From Octopus bimaculoides (lineage: Eukaryota): a DNA stretch of 64,000 nt. This document shows positions 51,871 to 64,000 of this stretch, in pieces. How positions within the stretch are numbered: the first letter of the stretch is position 1; the number at the start of each line of letters is the position of its first letter. The notes beneath the pieces were generated by a model. It saw only the letters and a program-made list of their open reading frames with translations. It had not been told where the DNA came from and did not search any database. The translations under genes and the position numbers were made by a program. The stretch lies in the NCBI RefSeq assembly GCF_001194135.2, contig NC_068983.1, forward strand, positions 87,065,273 to 87,129,272. Direction: 5' to 3'.

Positions 51871-52045
51871 GCTGTAGTTGGGCTGGAAGCTTTGATGCCC
51901 TTGAAAAGTGGGAACTTGTTTCAAATCTGTTGGAATCTCTTCTTCATTTAAGTCTAATTTACTGTTATGTTGGTGATGAGAGAGAAGCTAAGTGTTTCAT
52001 CAAAGAAGGAATAAAACTGTCTTATATTCTGGCATTACCAAGATG
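51871..52045 (+). CDS. ESPL1: Separase exon 14
   Basis: gtatttcag|GC; CSWAGSFDALEKWELVSNLLESLLHLSLIYCYVGDEREAKCFIKEGIKLSYILALPR; TG|GTAAGT; phase 1/2. Confidence 0.88.
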
Positions 52046-52679
52046 GTAAGTTTTCTTCTTTTCTTTTGAAATAAAATCAATGATTAACTGAGATTTTAGC
52101 TTAAGGTGTTTGTCTATTAACACAGATTATGAACTGAAATCTTGATGCAGCTATTTTATTGTACTTTTAGAAAGGAAAGGTTATTCTGTTTCTGCAATAA
52201 CAGGTTCAGTTTTCAGTCATTTTAACAATTAATAGATGACTTAAATTTTAAAATAGTTGTCATGGTCATAATAATTATCCTCATCATGATCAGATCATCA
52301 TCATTATAATATTTCTCTTCTTCATAATCCTCATATTCCTTATAATTCTCATCATGATCATCAACCTCATCGTAATCATAACCTAACAATGGCATTCTTC
52401 AATACCTTGAATCTCTCTTTCTCCTCAGTGATCATTGGCTTTCACATTTCCAGATCTACTCTTTTATGTCACTCACCTGTAGGTTTTTGCTTTAGAGAAG
52501 TTTTGAATTCATTGTACTGTTGTTGTTTTAGATACAGCAAAGCTATTGACCATATCTGTGGCCGGAAAATCTCCTATCAAAACTTCTTACTTATCTATTT
52601 CTCATCTCTTAGATTGGTAGCTTCTTATGTTCATCATCATGGCATGTGTTGCTGGAGTTCTTTCTGCACCACTCTCAAA

Positions 52680-52800
52680 CAACTCTGGTGTTCCCTCTGG
52701 TTTTGTCCATAACTCTCTTCCTTCTGTACATCAATGATCTACTTGCTACTACTTCCAGTAATGCCTACTTTATGCAGACGATACAACTCTTTATTCTTCC
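52680..52800 (+). mobile_element. CR1/L2-like LINE reverse transcriptase remnant
   Basis: NSGVP.G, TLFLLYINDL and LYADDTTLYS motifs with frameshifts. Confidence 0.65.
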
Positions 52801-53704
52801 CTAACTTTTCCTGCCTGTAACAGAGATTTTGAGAGATTCCTTCAGTGAAGCTATGCCAACCTTATCCCTTTTAACTGCAAAAAAAAACAAAACAAAAAAA
52901 CCCCGAAAAACTCGAACACTATTTGTAGCAAGAAAACGTCACCATATCACACTCCTCTTAAACAGAGCAGCACTTAAAACCCTCACAGTCACTGCAATTA
53001 CTGGGCCTCGGCCTCACTGAAGATCTCTTTTTGGTGAAAGCACAAGATCCTTATCATCAAGGGCTAGAGAATACTTTAGTCCTTAACAGCCATTGATACT
53101 GTACAAGGAAAAAGTGAGCCCCCCACCCTCCTATGAAAGACTGCTACCCCTATAACTGCGATAGTACTATTATAATGGAATTATCATTATTTTAACATCC
53201 ACTTATCCAGGCTTGCATGGGCTGGGTGGAATTTTTTAAAGCCAACTGTCTACATTCACATACCCTTCCTGTTTTCACAGAAGATTGGGAACAAATGACA
53301 CCGCTTGCTTAATGGTGACACTTGTTTACAACAATCATGAGATGTCAAGACAAAGAGACAGTAACACAGACACATACATACATATTTATATATATGATGT
53401 GTTTTTTCAGTTTCCATCTACCAAATCCATTTACAAGGTTTTGACCAGTTAGGGGCTATAATAGAAGACACTTGCTCAAAGTGCCATGCAGTGGGACTGA
53501 AACTAAAACGGGATAGTTGGGAAGCAAACGTCTTCCTACATAGCTACTGCCACAGCCACCACCACCCGCCACTGCTTCTATTTTTCCAATTGCTGAATTG
53601 GGTTCGGTAGATCTACCATTCTTTTTTCAGCTGGTATTATTTTGTGTCATGTAGCTTGTCTTTTATTGTGTGATGTCATCTGTTGTTATTGGTATACAAT
53701 AGAC

Positions 53705-54519
53705 GGTGCTAGTATAGTATGTGGTCTACCACGTTGTCAAACAGTATAGCCAGGGTTATCTACCTTAAATGTTCAGTTTGTAAAGGGAACCAATTTTTCC
53801 ATTATACGGACATTAACAACAAATTAAACTGCAAGCCGAGCCTGAGTTAAATTTTAGAACTAATATTTTTCTTTATCATGGATATACCCATGACCACAGC
53901 AGTGACTCTAACAGGAAAATCTAAAAATACAGTAACTAACTGGTACAATATGTGCTGCGAGGTGTGTGGAGCCATAATTTATCATGTACGACGAGGGAGG
54001 ATGGTTGAAACAAACGATAACCCCATTCAGATCGACGAAGCAAGATTTGCTGGTCGACGAAAATACAATTGAGGAAGAATGCTGAATGGCGACAATACTC
54101 CTCTGTCTGAAGAGAGTGATGCAGAACAACGAAACAACAGGAACCATGGACGTAGAATTGATCGGCCATGGTTTTTTGGTCTTAAACAAGGCTCAGACTG
54201 TCGATACTATTGTGTGGAACGGCATGATGGGAACAGTCTGGTCCCAATTATTGAAAGAAAATGTGTAAAAGGTTCACCAATTCATTCAGATGAGTGGCCT
54301 GCTTATAATAATTCAAATGCTATAGGTTATCACCATCTGACAGTGAACCATCAACGACATTGTGTTAATCCAGTGACTGGAGCACACACTCAAGCCATTG
54401 AGTAATCATGGTTAGATGCTAAAACTATGATTCTGAAAAAAATGATCTCTGAAATATCTGAAAGGTAAGGTAGATAACCCTGTTTGACACCGTGGTAGAC
54501 CGCATACGATACTAGCACC
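53705..54519 (+). mobile_element. Merlin (IS1016/IS1595-like) DNA transposon, internally deleted, with a pseudogenised transposase
   Basis: ~55-bp GG-starting TIRs (GGTGCTAGTAT...); 8-bp TSD (c/t)aatagac. One frame 53878-54450 gives IQIDEARF..RKYN*GR, WFFG, IHSDEWPAY, H.TVNH, TGAHTQAIE*SW, with two premature stops. Confidence 0.88.
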
Positions 54520-54660
54520 TAATAGACCACTACTAAAAAAAACCCAGACATTTAGATGTTGAAATTTAAATTCTTGGTAATTTCATCAATACATTCATTC
54601 AATGGATTTTTTTGGAGCTGTAAAATTAAATTAATTTCAGTTATTACTTTTCCTTTGCAG

Positions 54661-57269
54661 GAATGCAACATTTCAGATACTGTTGGCTCGTATCAACTTA
54701 CTTTCTAATAAGATAGAAAGTGCTGCAAAAGCTATGAAAGAGGCCAAGAACATTCTTCTAACTCAAGAAAATGTGGTCAGCAGAAAAATTAATCAAGAAA
54801 ATATGAAGAATCTTATAGGAAATACGTCACCACATAGTATTAATGTTTCTACTCCAGAAATGTTCAAAATGGATGATCAGTTGACTACTAAATTCCGGTG
54901 GTCAGGTGAGTTAAGTGATGAAGAGACTATTATGAGAAAGGATAATACTTGTATTTATGAATCAACACCTTTAAAAGTTACTGACACTACTAATGTAAGC
55001 TCTCAGTTCTCTGTTGATATTCCTGTCCTTGATAATGAAGACCATAAGCTTAAATGTGGTTGTCATTGTTGTTCTGATGTGGTTTCACAGGACCTGTTTT
55101 TGAAGTATTTAGTCACTCAAGCTGAACTTGAACAACTTACTGGCAATGATATTCTAACTGAAAACATTTTGACAATTGCTGAAGATCAATATTTAAAATC
55201 ATGTAAACATATCAAAACTAACCTTGAAGGTTTGCTTCAAGGAAAATCACTTAGCTGTCTTCTAAATCAGATGTGTTCTGAAAATTTTAAAGTTACTCCT
55301 GAAAATAGCTTATATATAAACAATTGTTTGTTTACTCTAAGTAGATCCTATCTTATGAGATGCCATCTGGCAGAAAATTGTAGTCAATTTCAGCTTTGCT
55401 ATGAGTATGCAAAAAAGGGATTACTGTTATTTCAGAGCAATCATTTAGATTTTAGTAATCCCGAAGTTCTTTATCTTCATACTGGTTTGACTGTATGTTT
55501 GTCAAATGCTCTGAGGTACATTTCTGATTTTTCAGATATTGAGGAAATTATTTCACCTGATCCAAATTTAGATGTAATGACTTTGAAATTATCAAATATG
55601 TCACTACAATCTGAAACTGTGTCTTCCGGAACAATAAAGACTAATATTGATAAATGTGTACAAGACATGGAAACATTATCAATTATTGACAAAGCAGATA
55701 ATAAAACCAGAAGAAATGCTAAAAAGTCAGTGTGTAAATCAAGTAAAGAAAGAATGAAATCACAATCCAAAAATGATAATCAAAATGGAGAATATCCAAC
55801 CACTGTTTTGAACAAGGAAACATGTATATCAGTTGACTCCTACAAATGGCAAAGTGCTCAGGAAAAGTTTAAAGATTGTATGGATCGAAAGACAAAATTG
55901 TCTGCTTCAGAGATATTTAAAGACATTACAGCTGAACATTTACCCAGTGTATATGATGATGATGTCATTTCTGAGAGTGAAACTGGTGAAAAATCAGTTG
56001 CTCTTGATGTGGATAATGATTTGTGTGAAAGGGTTGTGCTAAGTAAGAAATTAAAGACCAACAAAAATATTCCAAAAGTTTGTCCAACAAAGACCAAATG
56101 TTCATCTAAATGTGAAACAGATAATTTTCTTGCTAGATGTATACAAACAATACCTGCTTCAAGTGTGTGTGATTTACTTCCTCTCCCAGAGAATGAGTCT
56201 CTTGAAAAAGACCAAATACCTTCCAAATTGAGAGACAAGAAAAGACAGCCTAAAGTTAAAACACAACCTCTTTATGATAGTAAAGTACCACAGAAGTTAG
56301 AAGCTCCCAAATCTCTACCTTTAGAAGTTTCAACTATAAAAGTAAACAAAAGAAGTAGTCGACAGACAAAATCTTCTGCAAGACCTAAGTCTGCAGTTTC
56401 CAATCAAATTATTAATTCTGAACTGTTACCTGAATCACACTGTGACTTTGAATCCTGTCAAGATTCTGAGCCAACAAGTAAACAGGATTCTCCACTTAAA
56501 AAGTTTCACAAGACTCTGAAATCAAGACCTAAAAAACTGCTAGATGATCAAAGTGTTAAATCTAAAATTTCTTCTGAATCCCAAAATAAGGAAGAATGTA
56601 AAGTTAAAAAGACTTCCAGTCAGAAGTCTAAAATTCCATCAAAAATAATAAAGCCATTATACAAAGTGGAAAATAATGTGAAAATCACCAAGACCACAGC
56701 CAAGTGTAAGAGTAATCCAATCATAGAAAATCTAAAAAGTAAAGAAGAATTTGAAAACAATATCTATAACTTTGATGAGAAGAGTGATAGTGAATCTGGT
56801 GAAAAGAAAGTGATCAAAAGGAGAGGCCGACCCCCAAAGAAAGCTGTTGGGTGGCAGTCAAGGTTGGCTGAGGCTTCAAATGTCATTGCAAGAGAACACC
56901 GCCGTAGTGAAGGGACAAATATATCAATTGATAAAATATTTTCTATGTCTCCAGAGCGTCTCTCAGTTGTCAAATGTGACAATATTTGGCAATCACCACC
57001 ATCGCCTTCGTTTGAACAACATAACACTTCCTTTTCTTCTGATATCGACTCACTTTACCATCCTGCTTGGAAGAATGCTGTAGATACCGATGATGATGAT
57101 CCTAGTTTGTTAGGTGCTACATCTTTTGGTAATCTGTCTGTAAGTTCATCTGAATTAGTACGAGCTGCAGAAGATAGTGACAGTTCTTTTGAATGTAAAA
57201 GGAAACCTACTTTGAATAGAGAGAAGTTATCTAGAAAATATAAAATGCTTTCTGATTCTGAAAAGCCAA
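54661..57269 (+). CDS. ESPL1: Separase exon 15 (2609 nt): insertion 1, Zn site and a long K/S-rich disordered insertion 2
   Basis: ttcctttgcag|G acceptor; uninterrupted frame (ORF track 54683-57319); A|GTAAGT donor; phase 2/1. Confidence 0.9.
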
Positions 57270-58435
57270 GTAAGTTTATTTATTGTTTTCTTTTATTCTT
57301 TTTCACATTCCTTATTTAGACTTGTAATTTCTATTCTTAAAAAATCTTGAAAAATATATAAATTTGGCAGTACTTCAAGTGAAATATCTCTTGTTTATTA
57401 TCATATTAGTATCAAATATTGATTTCTAACATGCACACAAGCCTCCAAATTTGTAGTGGAAGAGTTCAGTTGACAGAATTTAACCAGCATATGGTTGTTG
57501 CTTATTTTATGAATCCCAGAGGGTTGAAAGACAAAGTCAATGAAGCTAAATACTCAAAAACTGCTATTTCCAATATTTTATTGTTACCAAATAGTATAAA
57601 AAATTTATTGTATAAGAAAAGTTAAAATTTATGCTAGTTTGTTTAAAATATAGTTTAGGTTATAATCAATTGGTAATACTTGTGTACTAATAGGGACAAT
57701 ATCTAAGGTCAGGGTGAGGTAATAAAATATATTTCAATTTTGAGTGATCAGTTTTTTGGTTGTCTAGTAAAAATATTTATTTCACAACCTCATGGTTTCA
57801 GGTTCAATCTTACCAGATGGTAACTTGGACTGGTGTCCTCTTATATGATCTCAGATTGATCAAAGCCTTGTGGATGAAATTTTGAAGATAGAAACTCTGC
57901 AGAAGGTTGTTGGAGGAACTGATCCTGTTCTTGGAAGGCAAACTTAATTGGTCAATAGGTTTAGCACCACCAACTGGCCCTTAGTTGTCTCTAGAGAAAC
58001 TGACTCAGTTGTAAGCATTTAAGCTAAGCCTCCAATTTGACAGTTAATTTTCTCCATCCAACTAGTCTTAGAGGCTCTGAAAACATTCTTGATCATTGTT
58101 CTTCCTCCTTTGATGGAGTCATTAAAAATAATGAGTAAAATGTACTTTAATGAATGGTTGTCTTTAGTATGGACATTCAAATGTAAAATGCTTGCTCCAA
58201 AACTTTTCTTAGTCATCTATATTTACAGTTAGTTATTCTTAAAAAAATGTATCTTTTTAAAAATATCATGTAAAAGTTGTGAAAATTGTTTTCTTTGTGT
58301 TTTTTTCTATGTTGTAAAGATTCACATAAAACATCAATTGATTCTTCTCATCTTTAAATTTTGTTTTGTTCTTTTGTGAAAAGTTAATAAAAATTACGTT
58401 TAGCTCATGCATCTGTAACTTTGTTTAATAGAAAA

Positions 58436-58655
58436 AGGCGAGCTGGCAGAAACGTTAGCATGCCGGGCGAAATGCTTAGCAGTATTTTGTCTGCCACTAT
58501 GTTCTGAGTTCAAATTCCGCTGAGGTTGACTTTGCCTTTCATCCTTTCGGGGTCAATTAAATAAGTACCAGTTACGCACTGGGGTCGATATAATCGACTT
58601 AATCCCTTTGTTTGTCCCCTGTGTGTAGCCCCTTGTAGGCAGTAAAGAAATAAGA
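58436..58655 (+). mobile_element. tRNA-related SINE (relatively CpG-rich copy)
   Basis: Same family as 26309-26525; inverse of the copy at 38036-38235. Confidence 0.75.
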
Positions 58656-59993
58656 AAAATGTGGATGGAGTGCAAAGTCTAAAGGTTGGCATTCTGGGGC
58701 TATGAGTTGTACAGAATTGCTTGTAAGGGTATAGGGATGGGGATGTGATATAATAGAAGTGGTGTGAGTAGGAAAGTTGGGCGTGTTGAGTGAGTTTGAA
58801 AAGTAATATGTAACTTTTTAGTTCCAAAGAGCAAATACCAAGGAGACAGGCAACTGTGGGCCAGGGATTGTAATTCGTATATGAGTGAGTCTTTGCTAAT
58901 TAGTTCTGCATTGTGTGGATCTTGAATTTTGATCAGAATTGGCCCTAAAGAGAAGATTAGTCTTTGGGATTTGTTGTAATTAGGTTATGTATCTCAGATT
59001 ACCAAGAAAGACCATCAGAGTATGGAGGAGGCCTAACATTTGTAAGAACTTTTGTAGTTGTCCCACACTATAGAGGGGCATGCACAAAATTATTTATTTC
59101 ATATATGACACGCACACACACACAAACTGTTACTAAATAAATTGTCTCCTTAAACTTGGAGGAGTCTCCTTAAACCCTCCTGTGTTAAAGTTGGTAAGGA
59201 TCAAAACAACTGTAAATCAAACACCCCCATTGTTATTTTTATTAGAGACTGATTAATGCAATAGTCAGTGAATGCTACAGAAGTAAATGCACTAGTAGGA
59301 AGATGCTTGCTATTTATCACTAGGTGAGCCTTGACTGAGCAGATCTCTGATCAAAAACGTTCCAGCTGTGACCATCCTGTCTTTTTCTTATGTACAGCAA
59401 ACCCAACACCATATTATTAAACATGTCCTTTTTCTAAGACAGATGGTGAGATGTGATTTGAAAGATACTTGACTGCTACTTTGGATGGTGCATGTTCAGA
59501 TGGTGCTTTTTATGTGCCACTGGCACGGGGAGCCAGTCAGGCAGCACTGGTAACGACCCATGCATGAATGGTGCTTATTGCATGCCACCAGCACAAGAGC
59601 CAGTCAGGCAGCCCTGGCATCGGCCACAATTACAATTTCCATTTTTGATTTTTGATTGTTGAATGACCATATAAATGCACCCTTGGTTTATAGTTGTAAG
59701 ATGTAATGATTTGATTAAAGAATAACTATCAGATTGATAATGAAGCATAAGTGAAATATGAGGCAAACAGAAATTCTTAAGATTTGATATTTAGATTAAA
59801 TTTTTTAAAGTTATGACTTCCATAAATAAACTAAGATACAGTATGGTGACTTGAAAATATACTGTTTTGTCAAGTTACAAATATTTTTAAAAAATAAAAT
59901 TTTTTTACCCTTCATCTTTACCTTTTGTCTTTTTCTAATTAATGATAAAATATTTAATATATTTTTTTATGATTGTTATATTTTACTTTCTAG

Positions 59994-60201
59994 ACTCTGA
60001 ATATTTACAGAAGAATATATTGGAAAATGCTTACATGCAGACATCTCACTTTCCTCTATGTTCATTACATAGCTGTATATGCAAAAGTTTGGCTGTTAAG
60101 TATCTTCCAGAAAATCCCACAATGGCAGCTTTCTATCTGAATGAAAGCCAAGCAGTGACACTTCGTCACAACTTAGCTATTCATTTAAACAGAAAAATTA
60201 G
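59994..60201 (+). CDS. ESPL1: Separase exon 16
   Basis: ttactttctag|AC; SEYLQKN...AAFYLNESQAVTLRHNLAIHLNRKI; AG|GTAAGT; phase 1/2. Confidence 0.88.
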
Positions 60202-60883
60202 GTAAGTACCAAGCTCCAGGCTGTGTAAAGAAACAGATTAATAGACTTTAAAGCATGAGAAATATCCTTCATGGGATAGAAAATAAAGCAATACCGTATT
60301 GTAAAAGTTGGAGGAACTATCTTTTATTTTTTACAGAATATAGATCATTACTAGTTTGATTAGAAAACTCATAATTTCTCAAAAAGCTAACTTATGTCAT
60401 AGATATAAGATTAATATTCTTCACTAGTAGAGATTAACATATCAAAATACTAAATGCTATTCACAATTCTTTAATAACAACTGTGTAACACTGTTTATGT
60501 ATGCATGGTTGACAAAATAAGAAAAAAAAAGCTTTCAGCTTCTGTTCATTAAAACTGATGAAAATAAACTGAACTTATTCTTCATATTTTTCAGAATGAG
60601 CTTCATCTATTTTGTCATGTGGATGGTTACTCATACTTATGAATATGATAATATTTAAGCCATTGGTTTTCTTTTTGTTTAAGTTAGGAAACTATTGTGA
60701 CTCACTCAGTTATTCAGCTTATAGTATTCAAATGACATAGAGAATGTGCCTGTATTTTGGTGTTGAATGTTTTATTAAGTAATATCAAATCTCAAGGAAA
60801 TACACATGGCATAAATAAATATTATTTGTAAGATATTAATAAGTTACTTTATTTCTTGTCAAAATGATATTTTTAATATTTAG

Positions 60884-61044
60884 GAGATTGTTGAAAGATC
60901 CAAACAGCAGTGGAGATGTAAAGAAACAATCTGATCCCTCTGACCAAAACACACTTGTAGATAATTTACGAAAGGCTAAAACAGCATTGAAGTTTGGGCA
61001 GAAAAAGGATATTATCCCATCTTTAATTGAAGCTATCCATCCAG
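60884..61044 (+). CDS. ESPL1: Separase exon 17
   Basis: aatatttag|G; RLLKDPNSSGD...IIPSLIEAIHP; G|GTTTGT; phase 2/1. Confidence 0.82.
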
Positions 61045-62817
61045 GTTTGTAAATGTTTGTTTACTTACGTTGGTGTATATATAATGTTTGTTGTGGTTTG
61101 TGTAATCTTTGAAACTATTGTCTCCAGGAAAACAAACTCCTCTGCACAAGAAAATTCATCAGCATTTAAGATCTTCTCTGAAACACTTGTAATTACATTT
61201 AGTCTTATGAACATGTTCCAAAATTCTAATTGCAGAATTAACTGAAGACCGTCAAAGGCTAAAAATATAATATAGCAAACACTAAGTTGTGACCATCATT
61301 TAACATCCATGTTCTATGCTGGTATGGGTTGGACAGTTTAATAGGATTTGATCAAACCAGGACAGTACAGCATATTCCTTTTCTACATCTTGAGCAAGGC
61401 TATTTCTCTTCTCCATGGCAAACTGCTGTGAAAATGGGATTTTTACAGATTAAATATGTCCCAAATGTAATTGAACTGATGATCTAAAAGTTTGTTCAAT
61501 TCACATACTTCTTTCATGCGCCTTACTGCATATTTTGTTCTAGCTTGATGGTGTTGCACAAAGTCAGTAAATAGTTTCTACTGATTTTTTAGAGGGAAGC
61601 TATGACTTCCAAAGTCCTTTCAGGATTGTCTTTCTTGGTACCTAAAGCTGGTGATAGCCAAATAGTTTGAAATGCTTTCATTGGTCAACAGAGGGCACCC
61701 TAAAATAACTATCTATGTTTTAACACCTGTTACCTAAAGTGAGAATTTTCTCAACAAACTGCAATGAAAATGGTCATTTTACGAGTCAAATATGTTCCAA
61801 ACATATTTGAACTGATCAAAAAATTTATATAAGTAAAATAATACTAAGAGAATGAATGTGATAAAATTGAAGAGAAATAACAATATTTCAATGCAATGTC
61901 AATATAGAAAATAAGCAGAAACTTGGCACTGAGTATTCAGTGGAAAAATAAATGAAATTTTTTTTTATATGGTTTGGTAACTTTGGTCAAGTCAGAAAGG
62001 TCTTTGACTTTTATGACTTGACCAAACTTAGTTTCTGTCAGAATTAATAAACTTGAATCCAATGCTGCTTCTCCAGCCACACCATACCATATCTGCTTGT
62101 GGTATGATGTCATTTTTCTGTTTGATGTTTCCTAAGAATGTTTTATCTCTTTGAGCTGTCTTTCTCTTGCTTATTAAATTCCTTGTGTCAGTCACCACAA
62201 ATCATACTCAAACCTTTGAAGATGATATAATCTAGTCCTCCCTCCATGCTGTTATCAAAAGTTCACACCACCTGACACTTAATTCTGTCAATGCAAACTG
62301 ACATTTCTGTGATAACTGACTCCATAAAATATCATCTGTTTATGTCCATTTTCCCATGCTTGCATGGGTTGGATGGATCTCCTCCAGCACAATAATGGTG
62401 TCTCATCAATTGTGGTTTGTTATCGTTTTGTTAGCTTGAGAAAACTACACCACTTATTCCTAGTTCTTATTTAGAATCATTATCCTCCTAGACAGGTTGC
62501 CTGTGATGTGACTTGCAGAATCCATATCTTGTTTATTCATTCACTCTACTCTATAACAGTCATTATTTATTCAGAGTAACTGTTAGTTGTCTTGTTCACT
62601 TGAGTGCCCAATGCTGTAGGCAGCATATTTTCATGTATCTTTATGGTACAGGGATGACTTAAAAAAATATTGAATAATATTGTAATGTAATATAATAGTG
62701 GTAAGTGTTCAGCAATATGTTTTTTCTCCAAGAAAGAACATATAATACTTTGTAGAATTGTTTTCTAAGATTTTATTTCCTTCATTCTGTATCTCATTTT
62801 TGTTTCTTTTTTGTTAG

Positions 62818-62942
62818 ATCTAACAGTTTGTCAAGTGTCTGTGATTCATCCACATCATGATGTCCCATATCTTATTGTTACCCGCTATCGAAACAGCTCT
62901 GTTCCAACAGTAATTTCTCTGTCAGGTTATGGCACTACGCAG
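62818..62942 (+). CDS. ESPL1: Separase exon 18 (start of the pseudo-protease region)
   Basis: ttttttgttag|AT; (D)LTVCQVSVIHPHHDVPYLIVTRYRNSSVPTVISLSGYGTTQ; CAG|GTCAGT; phase 1/0. Confidence 0.87.
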
Positions 62943-63004
62943 GTCAGTTGTTTATAAATAATAATCACTTTGATTACTAAAAAGTTATCTATTTGGATTT
63001 GGTA

Positions 63005-63250
63005 GATGGAAACTGAAAGAAGCCTGTCGTATATATGTGTGTGTGTATTTGTGTTTGTCCTCCCAACATTGCTTGACAACCGATGCTGGTGTGTTTACGT
63101 CCCCGTAACTTAACGGTTCGGCAATAGAGACCGATAGAATAAGTACTAGGCTTACAAAGAATAAGTCCTTGGGTCGATTTGCTTGACTAAAGGCGGTGCT
63201 CCAGCATGGCCACAGTCAAATGACTGAAACAAGTAAAAGAGTAAAAGAGT
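63005..63250 (+). mobile_element. SINE-like repeat with a (GTAAAAGA)n tail
   Basis: CpG-rich ~245-bp block ending aaaggcggtgctccagcatggcc...gaaacaagtaaaagagtaaaagagta. Confidence 0.6.
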
Positions 63251-63603
63251 AATTGTTTCATGTTCTTTGACAGAATCAAATAAAGGCAATTCTTAGCTTT
63301 GTGTTTTGTTCCATAATTAAGAGGGAGTTAGATTGTTACAGATAACATTTCACAAATAACCTGTTATTATCCACAGTTAAATAAACTGAAACACATAGAC
63401 TGCATTGTTCAGAAACATAAAATAATGTGAACTCAAGCCTCATAATCTGGTAGTGTAATATGTTATTGACTTTGTCAGCCATTTTACTTTTATAAGAAAA
63501 TTTTATGACCTTTCTATTAATTAATAACTATTTGAACCTCCTAGAATTAGCATCTACCCTCTCTTTTATGACACCATCATAGTAATTTACATGTTGAGTA
63601 AAC

Positions 63604-64000
63604 TGGAGATGCCACTACGATAGATTGCTTAATAAAGAGAATGAATGGGAGAAAGAGAGCCTGCCTTATGTCGACCCAATAGAGGGACCAGCTATCCGAG
63701 TTGATAGCACCAGGGTAGATAAAGCAATTAAGAGTATGAAGACCGGGAAAGCCCCCGGCCCATCAGGAATCACTGCAGAGATGCTCAAAATATCTGGCAG
63801 TGTTGGCTATAGCCTAGTCACCCGTATTACGAACCAGGTGATACACGAAGGAGTCATACCCTATGACTGGTGTAGCAGCATCATAGTCAACTGCTACAAA
63901 GGTAAAGGGGACGCTTTAGATACAAATAATTACAGAGGCATCAAGCTGTTAGATCAGGTTATGAAAGTTACAGAGAGGGTCATAGCCCAACTAATTAGGG
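63604..64000 (+). mobile_element. 5'-truncated RTE-clade LINE with an open frame to the window end
   Basis: 132 stop-free codons: ...AIKSMKTGKAPGPSGITAEMLK...IPYDWCSSIIVNCYKGKGDALDTNNYRGIKLLDQVMKVTERVI. Absent from the ORF track, probably because no stop falls inside the window. Confidence 0.88.

Larger units (their letters stand above)
23537..62942 (+). other. ESPL1: Separase gene span: 18 predicted coding exons, ~2081 aa, 3'-incomplete (caspase-like protease domain beyond the window)
   Basis: All 18 exons join in phase with GT-AG sites. Motifs recalled from human separase: WELVSNLLESLLHLS..GDEREAKCFIKEGIKL..LPRW, Zn-site HxxxCxCxxC, ExxR (ELVR), ESQAVTLRHNL..HLNRK, and TVCQVS..LIVTRY....PTVISL. 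Confidence 0.9.

Noticed and set aside
1-64000. Most 60-130 aa ORFs in the track as genes
   Set aside because: They fall on microsatellites, SINEs, antisense of real exons, or intron read-through. Many start at TTG/GTG, which is not usual in a eukaryote.

Overview
AT-rich, repeat-dense animal genomic DNA. Microsatellites, GT-AG introns and the SINE/RTE repertoire resemble an octopod cephalopod, which is an inference I cannot confirm here. Two genes lie head-to-head with only 428 bp between their start codons. (1) On the minus strand is a CFAP410/C21orf2-like LRR gene: exon 1 at 23108-22954, a ~22 kb intron, and exon 2 at 904-839; it continues off the left edge. (2) On the plus strand is separase (ESPL1): 18 phase-consistent exons from 23537 to 62942 (6243 nt, ~2081 aa), including a 2.6 kb exon. 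The protease domain lies beyond the right edge. The introns hold mariner, maT-like, pogo-like, hAT, piggyBac-like and Merlin DNA elements, a Naiad-like Penelope retroelement, RTE and CR1-like LINE pieces, and many SINEs. The best leads are a TSD-bounded tRNA-headed SINE carrying a minimal hammerhead ribozyme (3240-3496) and a GG-ended, 8-bp-TSD MITE whose core is a telomere-like array clamped by 30-bp inverted repeats (24798-25646).
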